From: Bacteroidota bacterium
GTDB lineage: Bacteria; Bacteroidota; Bacteroidia; Bacteroidales; UBA4417
DNA: 38,693 nt
Direction: 5' to 3'
NCBI GenBank assembly: GCA_020048595.1
Contig: JAIFMH010000034.1
Location: forward strand, 1 to 38,693
The stretch's first letter is position 1; every line of letters begins with the position of its first letter. Of this stretch, positions 9,122 through 17,986 are shown in pieces. The notes under the pieces were generated by a model. The model saw nothing but the letters and a program-made list of their open reading frames with translations. It had not been told where the DNA came from and did not search any database. The position numbers were made by a program, and so were the translations under genes.

Positions 9122-12100
9122 TCATTGCTTGTCCTTATTGTTGATCTTCTGTGTGTCCAGCCATTCTCCATCGTGGAACCGGACGATAACAGGGGCGGAC
9201 TGATAGTTCTTACCGGGTTTGCCACCGTTGCAGTCCACGAAGTTGAATTCGACTCCTATCGGCAGACCGCGCAATTCGTCGGGCCGGGGCCAGTTGCCGT
9301 CTTCGCGGAGGCTGGCGCCGCTCGGAAGCAGGCGCATTTGGGCCACGATCGCGCGGTTATCCTGATCGTGCGCACCGATATACACCCAAGGACCGGGAGT
9401 TGGTGACCGAAAGGCGATCCATGGCTCGCCCAAGGTCACAGGCAGGCCGTCCCCCCCGAATTGCCTACCCATTTCCTGTCGATAGCCGAAGAACTGCTCT
9501 GGTGCGTCGCCGCCAAACGAGTAATTCTTGAAGGTGCGGAAGATGTCCGCCTTGATGGTGGTTTTCTTCGCATCGAGATGCACGAACTGGGTGGCTTTGA
9601 GTTGGCCCTGATTGGTCCCGAGACCCTGGATGCCGCCGAGGACGGGGAAATATGTTTCGCCTACCGCATACGGTGTCCGGTTCTCGATCGTGAGGTTGAA
9701 CACGACTCCGCCCCCAACCAGTTCGAGTGTCTGCGTGACAGACACATCGTATTTCTCGCCGAGGTAATTGGCGAGGGGACCTGTCCAGGTCAGCACAAGC
9801 TTTCCGCCTTCCATACGGGCGGACGAGAGCTTCTGCCTGGCACCGATGATCCAATTGGCCTCGATGTCCTGCCACGGCTCCTTGCCCGGCAAGGTCAGCC
9901 CGAACATCCAGCTTCCGGCAAGGCGCGGTTCGAGGATCAGGTCGAGCTTGCTCCGCTTGTCATGAATTCGGGTTACAGAGCCATTTTTGCGACTGACCTC
10001 AACCAATATGTTCCCGTCCTCCAGCTTGACGGAGCGTGCCGGATTAAAAGCCGGCAACTCTGGCACCGGCGTTTCATTCGGCACACGGGCGATGGCCAGA
10101 CGTTGTGGAACGGTTGCACGTGTCGGTACAGTCTTTTCCTCCAACTCCTCGACAAACAGAATCTGCTCCGCCGCAATGGTGATGGAAGCCGGCAGATTCA
10201 CGACATGGCTTTCGAGGCCGGGCTGATGAATCCTCACGCTGGGCGACCTGGCCTTGTCGAATCCAGTCACCGCCATGGTCTGCGGGTCCATCTTCGCGTT
10301 GGTCAGAATGCAGGCCCGGAGGGCGGTGCGGCGATTGCGGAAGACGTTGAACTCAACTCCTGCCGGCACCGGCTTTTCCATTGTCACTCCATTGTGACCA
10401 AGCACTTCTCCCTGGAAAACCGTTTCCTGAAGTTGGTCCCGGATGCGCTTCACATCGCGGATATGCTCGTTGAGTCCTTCCATCACTTTAAGGTCCATTC
10501 CTCCGGAAAATTTCATTGGTGTGATCATGACGTGGTGACCGTCGCGGACCAGGTTGTTGACCAACAGGTAGTCGTAGGCATCCTTCAGACCTTCCGTCTC
10601 GGCGAGCTCGGGGAAGAGGGCGCGGGTGAAGGATCGGGGAGTGCCGACCCACCACTCGCTACTGCCAAACTGCAACATACGGTCCCAGTTGCATTCAAAG
10701 GACATCGCCCAGTTGGGGTTGTGCTTCCGGCAAGCAGCGAGGACTTCTTTGGATTGCAGGATCGCGCCTTCCCACGTCGTCATGTCCGGGCTCATCGGTG
10801 ATTCGGGATTGAACGAGAGAAAATCCGGGTACATCTTGTCCACATGCACGCCGTCAGCGCCAATTTTGGCCAGTGCCTCGAACTGGTCGGTGATGATCTT
10901 CCGGAACTGCGGGAAACCGAGGTCCGCCTTGGTCATCAACCGCGGATATCCCATCCGGCCCCAAAGCGAACCGTAACCCCAGCCCACGTTCCAGGTGAGG
11001 TCGCCGTTTTCCTTCCACTCGCGATACTTTTGCAGCTCGTCCTGATACCAACGGGTGTTGAGCGTCATCACCTGATAGTTGACGAAGAAGTACACCTTGA
11101 CCCCCATTTTGTGACAGGCACGGATGCCCTCCTCGAGGTCCTTCCAGGTGCCCAGGCGCGGATCGGGCGTGTAGTAGGGAAGCCCGTTGTCATGGCCGCA
11201 GGTCTCCCAACCGCTGATCTGAACGGCGTTGATGCCGTAATCCTTGGCCGCTTTCGCCCAGCGGGGGATGTCTTTGAAGGTGTAGTTGATGGTTCCTTCC
11301 GGCAGCATGAACATCGTGAACACAAAGAACGACTCCTTGCGAATCCAGTCCTTTCCGGGGTCGGCCAAACCAAAGGTGCGCGTGAAGAAATCCCGATAGA
11401 CGCGCCCCGCCTCGCGCCAGCCGCCATCCACGATCTTCAACACCACGGGCGAGCCGTCGAACGATTCGCCCGGCGGCGTGAACGGCAGGTGCCGCACTGA
11501 GGCGAACACATCCTTCACTATCCCTGTGCCTTGTTCCTCGAACCGGAATTCCTTGGCGCGGGCGATTTCATCGTGGGAGGCGAAATAAAGCGATTTTCCT
11601 GCTGACATACTCTCGATGCAGGCGAAGGACATGCTTGCCTGCCCGGGATATTCGAAAGTCGATATTCCAAAGGGTGGTTCGACTTTCTTCGATGTAAATC
11701 CTCGGACCGGCGCCCATAGCATGCCATCGGTTGGTTTGCCGGGCGAACCGAACTTTGCCAACCCGCCAATAAGCGGATAAGAAGCTGAACGGATCTTGCC
11801 CGCCGTGCGGTTGTCCAGATGCAGCCTGAACTCCAGAGCGTTGCCGGAGGTCTGCACCTCCATCCTTACGGCGACCTCGTGTGCAGCGCCGTCGGTGTCT
11901 TTCATCGGGCCGTTCCACTTCAGTGTAATCCCGCCAGACCTGCGGGTGACTTCAGTTAGGTATTGCTCCCGGCCCAGGATCGTCACCGTCTTGTTCCCCG
12001 GCAGGCCGAGTTCCAGACGGAAGTTCCCGGCCAATTCCGGCGACGATGACAACTCGATGCCACTTTGCTTGTCGAGGATGCGGCTGATCCGGCCGAAGAC

Positions 12101-12244
12101 CGAATCGATTTCGACTACTACTTGTTCGTTCCCGAGAAGAACAGGTATTTGGTTTGCCTTATTAACGGCCTGTGCTTTAATGATACTAAAAGCAATCAAT
12201 AGTAATGTGACACTAATCAATATGAAATTGAATGTTCTTCTCAT
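9122..12244 (-). CDS. GC-rich secreted 1040-aa protein: beta-sandwich N-module plus TIM-barrel-like glycoside-hydrolase-like module, followed by a second truncated copy of the N-module (unclassified family)
   Basis: Long ORF with an AT-rich signal-peptide region (MRRTFNFILISVTLLLIAFSIIKAQA) that switches to GC-rich codons. The central GINAVQISGWE...MGVKVYFFVNYQ...GADGVHVDKMYP looks like a TIM-barrel GH-like domain. The N-module (about residues 38-290) recurs at about residues 740-1030. The start overlaps the stop of 12241..14244 by ATGA. Confidence 0.8.
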   Translation of the reverse strand: MRRTFNFILISVTLLLIAFSIIKAQAVNKANQIPVLLGNEQVVVEIDSVFGRISRILDKQSGIELSSSPELAGNFRLELGLPGNKTVTILGREQYLTEVTRRSGGITLKWNGPMKDTDGAAHEVAVRMEVQTSGNALEFRLHLDNRTAGKIRSASYPLIGGLAKFGSPGKPTDGMLWAPVRGFTSKKVEPPFGISTFEYPGQASMSFACIESMSAGKSLYFASHDEIARAKEFRFEEQGTGIVKDVFASVRHLPFTPPGESFDGSPVVLKIVDGGWREAGRVYRDFFTRTFGLADPGKDWIRKESFFVFTMFMLPEGTINYTFKDIPRWAKAAKDYGINAVQISGWETCGHDNGLPYYTPDPRLGTWKDLEEGIRACHKMGVKVYFFVNYQVMTLNTRWYQDELQKYREWKENGDLTWNVGWGYGSLWGRMGYPRLMTKADLGFPQFRKIITDQFEALAKIGADGVHVDKMYPDFLSFNPESPMSPDMTTWEGAILQSKEVLAACRKHNPNWAMSFECNWDRMLQFGSSEWWVGTPRSFTRALFPELAETEGLKDAYDYLLVNNLVRDGHHVMITPMKFSGGMDLKVMEGLNEHIRDVKRIRDQLQETVFQGEVLGHNGVTMEKPVPAGVEFNVFRNRRTALRACILTNAKMDPQTMAVTGFDKARSPSVRIHQPGLESHVVNLPASITIAAEQILFVEELEEKTVPTRATVPQRLAIARVPNETPVPELPAFNPARSVKLEDGNILVEVSRKNGSVTRIHDKRSKLDLILEPRLAGSWMFGLTLPGKEPWQDIEANWIIGARQKLSSARMEGGKLVLTWTGPLANYLGEKYDVSVTQTLELVGGGVVFNLTIENRTPYAVGETYFPVLGGIQGLGTNQGQLKATQFVHLDAKKTTIKADIFRTFKNYSFGGDAPEQFFGYRQEMGRQFGGDGLPVTLGEPWIAFRSPTPGPWVYIGAHDQDNRAIVAQMRLLPSGASLREDGNWPRPDELRGLPIGVEFNFVDCNGGKPGKNYQSAPVIVRFHDGEWLDTQKINNKDKQ
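9150..12135. other. GC-rich compositional island 1 (putative horizontally acquired coding body)
   Basis: An abrupt shift by eye from AT-rich to GC-rich sequence. Long arginine/proline-rich antisense shadow ORFs (9461..10801, 10844..11500) occur only here. Boundaries are approximate (tens of nt). Confidence 0.7.
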
Positions 12245-14244
12245 TTTTTCTTTGTTTCTATGTATTTTATTATCGATTCTAAAACAATACCTGATTCAAA
12301 AGGCCTTAGATTGTGGGGGTTTGGTACAGCATTCGGTCCGTAAAATTCATTAACCATACCAAACATCTGAACTATGTTGCTATCTATCAGCGTGTTAAAA
12401 ACATTATCTTTTCGTTTGTCGTTCAGTTCTGTAAGACCATACAGTAAATAGCCCATGGTATTTCCGCTAAATCCTTCGGTTTCATTGGGTACCATTGGTA
12501 AAAATCCGGTCGTTGGGTTGATATATTCAGCCATACTTTTTGCCGTAATTTTTTCCATTTCATTCGTTAGTTCAACTCCAAACCACAAGGGCATAAGTCC
12601 AAAATTCGTAACACGATAGTCAAAAAAAGTGTTATCCCTTCTTTTTGCCCAATCCAAATATCCTAAATCGCTGTTAAAGAAGTTTATTTCAATTGATTCG
12701 AGCAGTTTTTGTTTGTAATTTTCATAGGTTGATATTTCCGGTTTCAAATGACTTAATTCCAGGTATTGAATATAAAAATCCAATGAAGCGACACAGGAGG
12801 CAAGTGATGTTAATGACCAAATATCCTTATGAAAACCCGGAAGGCCAATCGAAATTCCATTTATAATGCCAATAATTTCACCATCTTTCTTCACAGTGTA
12901 TTGTTCGGTTTCATCGCCATTAAATGGTAGTAGCCAATTCTCTTCTTTGGCATGTCGAAGCTGGATATCTATGGCGTATTTTAGTAAATCATGGTTTTGC
13001 TTTAGAAAATTCAGGTCATGATTGATTTTATATATATCACGCATGAGCATCACAACATATGCCGGGCATTCTGCATATTGATTACCGCCATAATGGGTAT
13101 GCGAATCATATCCCATTTGAACAGAATTGGGTATCTCTTTAAATACCCCGAATTTATGGTTTGTAATCTCAATAAACTTTTCTGCCTCCTTTGTAAAACC
13201 ACAGCTTAACAAACCTCGGCATGCGCTATATGAATCACGGATATATGAAAATGCATAGCTTCTGACGCCGGGAATAAAACCACCGCAACGATTTTGTTGC
13301 ATCTTAATGCCAATCAGCATCGACTCAATAATGTCATTGACTCTTTGTTCACGAGATTTGGCAATATTTCCCTGTTTCAGCCAATTTTTCCAATATTTTA
13401 CCGTAGCATCAATATCCTTCCGAATACTCCTGGCATGAATATTTTTCAGGGAGTCGTCCAATTTTTCTGTACTTTCATCAACGAAATAGTGCATTAATGA
13501 AACTTCCTTATTCCCGGTTGTTGGAATCGTTATTTCTCCTGTGGAAAGAATGGGTGTAGTGTCAGTAGTACCAATAAATGGAAGATCTTTAAAAAGCACT
13601 AACAAATACCTGTTTTTCCAATTTCCACCATCTCCGTTTCCAAAAAGAGGAGCTGTTGTATCAGCATGGAATAAAACACCGGAATTCTTATATAGTGAAG
13701 ATTTAATATTTTCTCCCGGAGTAATCTCTGAAGACACTTCCACTACTTGCGTATGTTTCCCTGAATTATTTTCAAAGACAATATGCCTGACATACAAAGG
13801 GCTATTGCTTACAACAAAGTCTAACACATGAATTTTAAGGTCACCCACCTGAGAGCAACCATAATACATGCCGGTACCTTTTAATCTGTGGATATTTACA
13901 GTAAGAATCTCCTGTTTTTTATTGATTTGTAATAGTAGTTTCGCAGACTTGATAAAGTTTGGAGATGTATAATCCGGTCCTATTAAAAAATCCAGGTTCC
14001 CATGTATATCCCCGCCACCTCCAATTATTCCATTTCCAATAAAATATCGCTCGCTATTCGTATTTAACCATTGCACTGTATCAGGTAAATTGATAGCTCC
14101 AGCTTTTATTTTCTTTTGACTGAATTCGTTACATCCGCTAAAAAGCAAAATGCCCAGAATTATAATAACCTGAAGTCTCATTTGTTTTAAGATTCCAGTA
14201 AGACGTATTAAAAGTGATGCAAAAATTATTGATATGGTTTTCAT
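12241..14244 (-). CDS. Six-hairpin (alpha/alpha)6 glycosidase-like lipoprotein (GH15-like?); likely true start at ATG 14181
   Basis: The internal start MRLQVIIILGILLFSGC gives a lipobox (FSGC). The later GGFIPGVRSYAFSYIRDSYSACRGLL resembles the Y-x-W/I-RD motif of glucoamylase-type six-hairpin enzymes. AT-rich, native-looking. Confidence 0.7.
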   Translation of the reverse strand: MKTISIIFASLLIRLTGILKQMRLQVIIILGILLFSGCNEFSQKKIKAGAINLPDTVQWLNTNSERYFIGNGIIGGGGDIHGNLDFLIGPDYTSPNFIKSAKLLLQINKKQEILTVNIHRLKGTGMYYGCSQVGDLKIHVLDFVVSNSPLYVRHIVFENNSGKHTQVVEVSSEITPGENIKSSLYKNSGVLFHADTTAPLFGNGDGGNWKNRYLLVLFKDLPFIGTTDTTPILSTGEITIPTTGNKEVSLMHYFVDESTEKLDDSLKNIHARSIRKDIDATVKYWKNWLKQGNIAKSREQRVNDIIESMLIGIKMQQNRCGGFIPGVRSYAFSYIRDSYSACRGLLSCGFTKEAEKFIEITNHKFGVFKEIPNSVQMGYDSHTHYGGNQYAECPAYVVMLMRDIYKINHDLNFLKQNHDLLKYAIDIQLRHAKEENWLLPFNGDETEQYTVKKDGEIIGIINGISIGLPGFHKDIWSLTSLASCVASLDFYIQYLELSHLKPEISTYENYKQKLLESIEINFFNSDLGYLDWAKRRDNTFFDYRVTNFGLMPLWFGVELTNEMEKITAKSMAEYINPTTGFLPMVPNETEGFSGNTMGYLLYGLTELNDKRKDNVFNTLIDSNIVQMFGMVNEFYGPNAVPNPHNLRPFESGIVLESIIKYIETKKK

Positions 14245-14271
14245 TGTTTTTATAATTTAAAAGGTTTCAAT

Positions 14272-16260
14272 TTACCGGCCAAACCCGAATGGTTTCTTTA
14301 CCGTTTACGGGGGGCGCCGGACGTTGCATGTATACGGCGCAGTCGCGTCCGAGCCGATCTTCACCCCGTCCACATAGAACTCCACGTTCGTGATGGCACC
14401 GTATGACGTTGTCGCCGAAACCTTGATAGGCGCCGTAGTCCCAGCGGTCACCGTCGCACCGTTTGTTGAAAATCATGTTCATGGCGCCTCGATCCTGACG
14501 CGCTGCACCTGGAAGACCGCCGGGGTCGGCAGCGGCACGTCGACGGCGGCATCGACGCCCTTGTTGTCGGTGACCCCGCGCCAGACACCTGTGCGCAAGG
14601 ACAGCCGCTGCAAGGTCTTGGCGTCCGCCTCGGCCACGGCCAGTTCCTGCGCCGCGCCGCCATTGACATGCACGTTGTAGCGGCCCGCCTCCGCATCGGC
14701 GACGATGACCAGGGAGAGCTTCTCTCCCGCCGTGTATGTGCCGAGGTCAACGGCGTTGTTCCCGTCCGCCGCCTGCACCGTGCCGGTCTCAGTCAGCACC
14801 ACACGCACCGGCCGGCGGCTGGCGGGATCGCAGAGTTCGATCTCCAGCCGGGCGTTGGCCTGGGCCGGCGTCAGTTCCAGTTCGACCCGAACCTTTGCCG
14901 ATTCAGGGAACACGCGCACGGCGCGGGCGTAGTCGAAGGGATCGCCGTCGCGCAGTTCCAGGCTGCGTTTCCCGGCGTTCTCGACGACAGTCACAGGTGC
15001 CCACTTCGGGCTGTAGAGATTCCATCCCGGCACGACGGCGTTGGGCGTGGCCTTCGTGAAATCGTCCGTCGGGAACGCGGTCTCGTCCGGTTTGACCGGC
15101 AGAGCGATGCGCGACACCCAGATGTCTTCCTTGTTGACGCTGTAGACCAGCCACAGCGCCTGCTTCGTGTCCGCGAACGTACCGTCATCGGCCCACTCGG
15201 CCAGCCCGCGCACGTACTGCGCGCCGGGATTCTTGTACTTTCCCGGATAGCGAAGCGGGGGAAGTTCGCCATGGACTACCCGCAGGTCGCGGAATTCGCG
15301 GCCGTCATCGCCGTGAACGATGACAAGGGGATAACGGATTTGCCGGCCCGGGTCAGGGTTGTAGGCAAGGGCGAAACGGCCATCGTCCGTTCTTTGCCCC
15401 CAGATCTTGCCAGATCCAGCCAGCAGCGACGGTGGCTGCACCGGCCGTGACCAGGTCTGGCCATTGTCATCCGACAACGTCACAAGTCCCATCTTGCACA
15501 GACCGACCAATGCCCCGTCCTGGCGGTGGTAGAAGCAGAGGGCCTTGCCGAACTTCCAGAAACCGACGCTGTTCAACTCCTTGTCGGCATGCCACTTCAT
15601 GCGGAGGTCGCCGAGATAGACACCGTAGTCCTGCTGTTCCAGGAGAAGGTTGCTTCCAGCGGCTTCGCGGCAGGCCGCCACAAAACCGGCATCCGTTGAC
15701 GTCTCGAAAGACGGCAGCAGATCCGGCAGCGGGGCGATCAAGGTGAACACCTCGCCGAGCTGATGATCGGCCGTGATCTCCCGGACCAGCAGCACCTTCT
15801 TCTCGGCCTCGCTGACCGTGCTGTCAGCCGTATTGCCGGCGCAGAACGCCAGCATCCGCCCGTTGGTGGCGCGGTAGAAGTAGAAACGAGCGGCACAGGA
15901 GACCTTGCGCGGGAAGAGATCAGCCGGCGCGGACCACTGCCAACCGTCCCTCGATGTCGCATATACGACCTTGTAGGGAGGAACGTCCTCGTCCTTCGGC
16001 GTCATGGCCCAGGCGGCATAGATCCGGCCCTTCCAGACCGCCAGGTCCTGGTGGTGGGCGTAGGTCCAGCCGTCGCCATCGGCCTGCTCCGGCTGGTTGC
16101 GGCTCGCACGCAGGATCTGGATGTTCTGCACGCCGACGACGGGTTTCAGCCCGCCATCGGGCAACTGCAGGTTGAGGCGGCCTTGTTCATTGCCGCTGAC
16201 CACGATGGGCGTGCTCTTTTCCTGCGCGGCGAGTGGCGATGGGGTCATCAAATTGAGGGC
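14272..16260. other. GC-rich compositional island 2
   Basis: Same visual criteria as island 1. Shadow ORFs 14668..15450 and 15763..16281 occur on the + strand. The lower boundary falls inside the Ig-like remnant and the upper boundary inside the signal peptide. Confidence 0.7.
14305..14478 (-). pseudogene. Truncated bacterial Ig-like (Big_7-type) domain remnant, in frame with the upstream gene behind two TGA codons
   Basis: Reading on in the frame of 14479..16290 gives ...RIEAP TGA T TGA FSTNGATVTAGTTAPIKVSATTSYGAITNVEFYVDGVKIGSDATAPYTCNVRRPP TAA. The pattern NGAT-x-TAG...VEFY-x-DG-x-x-(I/L)G-x-D-x-x-APY is the first ~55 aa of an Ig-like domain and is cut off where the GC-rich DNA ends. Track ORF 14267..14482 is a different frame over the same DNA. 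Confidence 0.5.
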
Positions 16261-16290
16261 GATAATCATCATTATCAATAATCTTTTCAT
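14479..16290 (-). CDS. GC-rich secreted sialidase-fold/BNR-like propeller protein with a C-terminal LamG/jelly-roll-like domain
   Basis: 603 aa with signal peptide MKRLLIMMIIALNLMTPSPLAAQ. It has Asp-box-like motifs (SRDGWQWS, SDDNGQTWS) and a C-terminal beta-sandwich-like region. The body uses GC-rich codons and the first ~10 codons are AT-rich. Confidence 0.75.
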   Translation of the reverse strand: MKRLLIMMIIALNLMTPSPLAAQEKSTPIVVSGNEQGRLNLQLPDGGLKPVVGVQNIQILRASRNQPEQADGDGWTYAHHQDLAVWKGRIYAAWAMTPKDEDVPPYKVVYATSRDGWQWSAPADLFPRKVSCAARFYFYRATNGRMLAFCAGNTADSTVSEAEKKVLLVREITADHQLGEVFTLIAPLPDLLPSFETSTDAGFVAACREAAGSNLLLEQQDYGVYLGDLRMKWHADKELNSVGFWKFGKALCFYHRQDGALVGLCKMGLVTLSDDNGQTWSRPVQPPSLLAGSGKIWGQRTDDGRFALAYNPDPGRQIRYPLVIVHGDDGREFRDLRVVHGELPPLRYPGKYKNPGAQYVRGLAEWADDGTFADTKQALWLVYSVNKEDIWVSRIALPVKPDETAFPTDDFTKATPNAVVPGWNLYSPKWAPVTVVENAGKRSLELRDGDPFDYARAVRVFPESAKVRVELELTPAQANARLEIELCDPASRRPVRVVLTETGTVQAADGNNAVDLGTYTAGEKLSLVIVADAEAGRYNVHVNGGAAQELAVAEADAKTLQRLSLRTGVWRGVTDNKGVDAAVDVPLPTPAVFQVQRVRIEAP

Positions 16291-16325
16291 AAAAACAATT
16301 TTTTAGTTAAAAATCTAATTTGAAT
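16211..16325 (-). repeat. Leader module copy A (5' proximal region plus 27 signal-peptide codons), direct repeat of 27553..27667
   Basis: Hand alignment gives 72/80 identical nt over the coding part, plus ~35 nt upstream with a 2-nt indel. Peptides are MKRLLIMMIIALNLMTPSPLAAQEKST and MKRLLIMMIIAYNLMIPSPLTAQEKST. Similarity stops abruptly after EKST. Confidence 0.9.
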
Positions 16326-16385
16326 ATTATGTACCGGTAATACTCCTAGTTCATACTTTCTCCTTGTTGTTGTTTGTAGTTTCCT

Positions 16386-16419
16386 AAGTTCATTGGCCAA
16401 ACCGGAAGCTAATGAACTT
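16386..16419. other. Stem-loop (9-bp arms aagttcatt / aatgaactt, 16-nt loop) in the intergenic region
   Basis: Arms are perfectly complementary by inspection, and no U-tract follows. The function is unknown. Confidence 0.25.
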
Positions 16420-16586
16420 CCTCCTGCTCAATGTGGTTTGCAGCATTTATGTAACGTTTTTTATCAGGTTCACGCATAATTATTCACTTCCAAAATCTTG
16501 CACAGTCTTTTCTAGTTTATAAATTCCAATACTTCAAGAAAATTCATTTTGCCCATGACTTAAACTCTGAAGTCATATTTTTAGTT

Positions 16587-17624
16587 TTAAATAGGTTTCC
16601 AGTAGAATATTGCCAACCCTGCCGGATCAAGCTTTTCAGTAAATTCAGCAATTTCCTCTTCATTTAACTCTCCATTGACTATAACACTCTTTGAAGCAGC
16701 CTGAATTTTTTTGCATGACTCAAGAATCAATTCTTTCCTGAATACCCCTGTTTCTCTTTCAATTGTTACTTCTACAGCTTTCAAATTTTCTATCTCAAGT
16801 ACCGCATCAAGGATATGCAAGCCGCATGCATGCATATGCAGCATACTGTATGGAAACTTATCAATGATCTTTTTGTCAAACTCCAGAAAATGCTCTTTGT
16901 AATCATTTAGTGAAAAGAGATTGGAAGCATCTATCTGGTAGTCTAAAATCGGTCCTGGCGCAAACACACTCCAGGCTGAAACGTATCCGCCTTTCCATGG
17001 CTGCCGCATATCAATATTTCGCTGTGCTGTCAAAATATATAATTCTGCAAATTTTTCCGCCAGTTTTGCAACCTTCTCAGGGCAGAGATACATAGAAGTG
17101 CACAACATTTCCTCACCCATGAATGCAGCAAGCATATCGATAACGCCTCTAAAATGAAGCTGTCTCACAGCTAAATCAACTCCTGCTTTATCAATAAGTT
17201 TTTTCATGACATTATTCATTACCTCAAACCATTCGGATTTCAAAGCACCTTCTACTGTGAATTCATCCATTGCATTTTCAATATCTACCGATACCGGTTT
17301 TGAAGAGCAGCTGAAAGCTGAAGCATAAATCGGGCATCCTATTACCGCCTCCATCCAGGCCTCAGAATATAGACATCCTGCAAAATTAACCATATCACCG
17401 TTAACCGGTTCAGGTTTGCTTTTCCCTTCTCCCACTAATCTGGAAATATCAATATCTTCGGGAAGCACTTTTTCAGGGTCTATAATCTCTCTGCCGCCCT
17501 TTACAGGATATGGCTTTTTATTGAAACCGTTAAAAGGTATTCTTGCCAATAGCGGTTCTTTGTTTGTAAGCTTCCAGAATTCCTTATTCTTTTCAATCAC
17601 TTTGCTTATTACTTTTTCATCCAT
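16587..17624 (-). CDS. Cytoplasmic hypothetical protein, possibly a URO-D/MtaA-like TIM-barrel superfamily member
   Basis: 345-aa ORF with no signal peptide. HMHACGLHILDAVLEIENLKAVEV weakly resembles the H-x-CG...D region of URO-D-like proteins. The family assignment is weak. Confidence 0.5.
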   Translation of the reverse strand: MDEKVISKVIEKNKEFWKLTNKEPLLARIPFNGFNKKPYPVKGGREIIDPEKVLPEDIDISRLVGEGKSKPEPVNGDMVNFAGCLYSEAWMEAVIGCPIYASAFSCSSKPVSVDIENAMDEFTVEGALKSEWFEVMNNVMKKLIDKAGVDLAVRQLHFRGVIDMLAAFMGEEMLCTSMYLCPEKVAKLAEKFAELYILTAQRNIDMRQPWKGGYVSAWSVFAPGPILDYQIDASNLFSLNDYKEHFLEFDKKIIDKFPYSMLHMHACGLHILDAVLEIENLKAVEVTIERETGVFRKELILESCKKIQAASKSVIVNGELNEEEIAEFTEKLDPAGLAIFYWKPI

Positions 17625-17737
17625 ATTCGTATCGTCGCTCCTTTGCTACGCATTATCTTAATTTTTTCTTAAACATTATACCTCTCATATATTCTGACTA
17701 TTATTTTTTATCCTTTACCGATTTGTTGAAGAAGCAT

Positions 17738-17962
17738 TTAGGGGTCATTCCAGTTAGTATTGTGCGATTTCCCTTTTTGTAAACCAGCTGCAATAAAAAA
17801 ATTACTGAAACCAGCCGAGTTTAAACTATCATTCAGGCCCTGCCAAACGCTTTCGATTGCCCCTGTTTTAAGAGCCTCCTGATAATTTGCCTGAGCCAAA
17901 CAAGTCAGATTAATAAATAGTATGAGTTGTAATGCAATGATTTTTCGATTGGTTGACTTCAT
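17738..17962 (-). CDS. Small hypothetical secreted protein, or an N-terminal gene remnant
   Basis: 74 aa with a signal-like N-terminus (IIALQLILFINLTCLAQA). No recognisable domain. Confidence 0.25.
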   Translation of the reverse strand: MKSTNRKIIALQLILFINLTCLAQANYQEALKTGAIESVWQGLNDSLNSAGFSNFFIAAGLQKGKSHNTNWNDP

Positions 17963-17986
17963 TTTTTTCGTTTTAATAAACGATAT

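Noticed and set aside
9461-10801. Long + strand ORFs inside the GC-rich blocks: 9461..10801 (446 aa), 10844..11500, 14668..15450, 15763..16281, 26754..27623 and the many 60-140 aa ones.
   Set aside because: They lie antisense to much longer, motif-bearing minus-strand genes. They are rich in Arg, Pro, Gly and Ala with no recognisable domains. Such ORFs are expected because stop codons are rare in GC-rich DNA, so I treat them as shadow ORFs.
14473-14481. TGA-ACA-TGA followed by an in-frame domain, read as evidence for TGA recoding or programmed read-through (alternative genetic code).
   Set aside because: Other genes in the window, GC-rich ones included, terminate sensibly at TGA, TAA or TAG. 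The downstream domain is itself truncated, and lineages with TGA recoding are low-GC. Nonsense capping of a truncated stub is the simpler reading.
14267-14482. Track ORF of 71 aa starting with an ATGA overlap at the end of the 603-aa gene, which could be a coupled small gene.
   Set aside because: Its sequence is featureless. A different frame over the same DNA gives a clear Ig-like domain fragment, so the ORF is most likely a frame artefact over a gene remnant.
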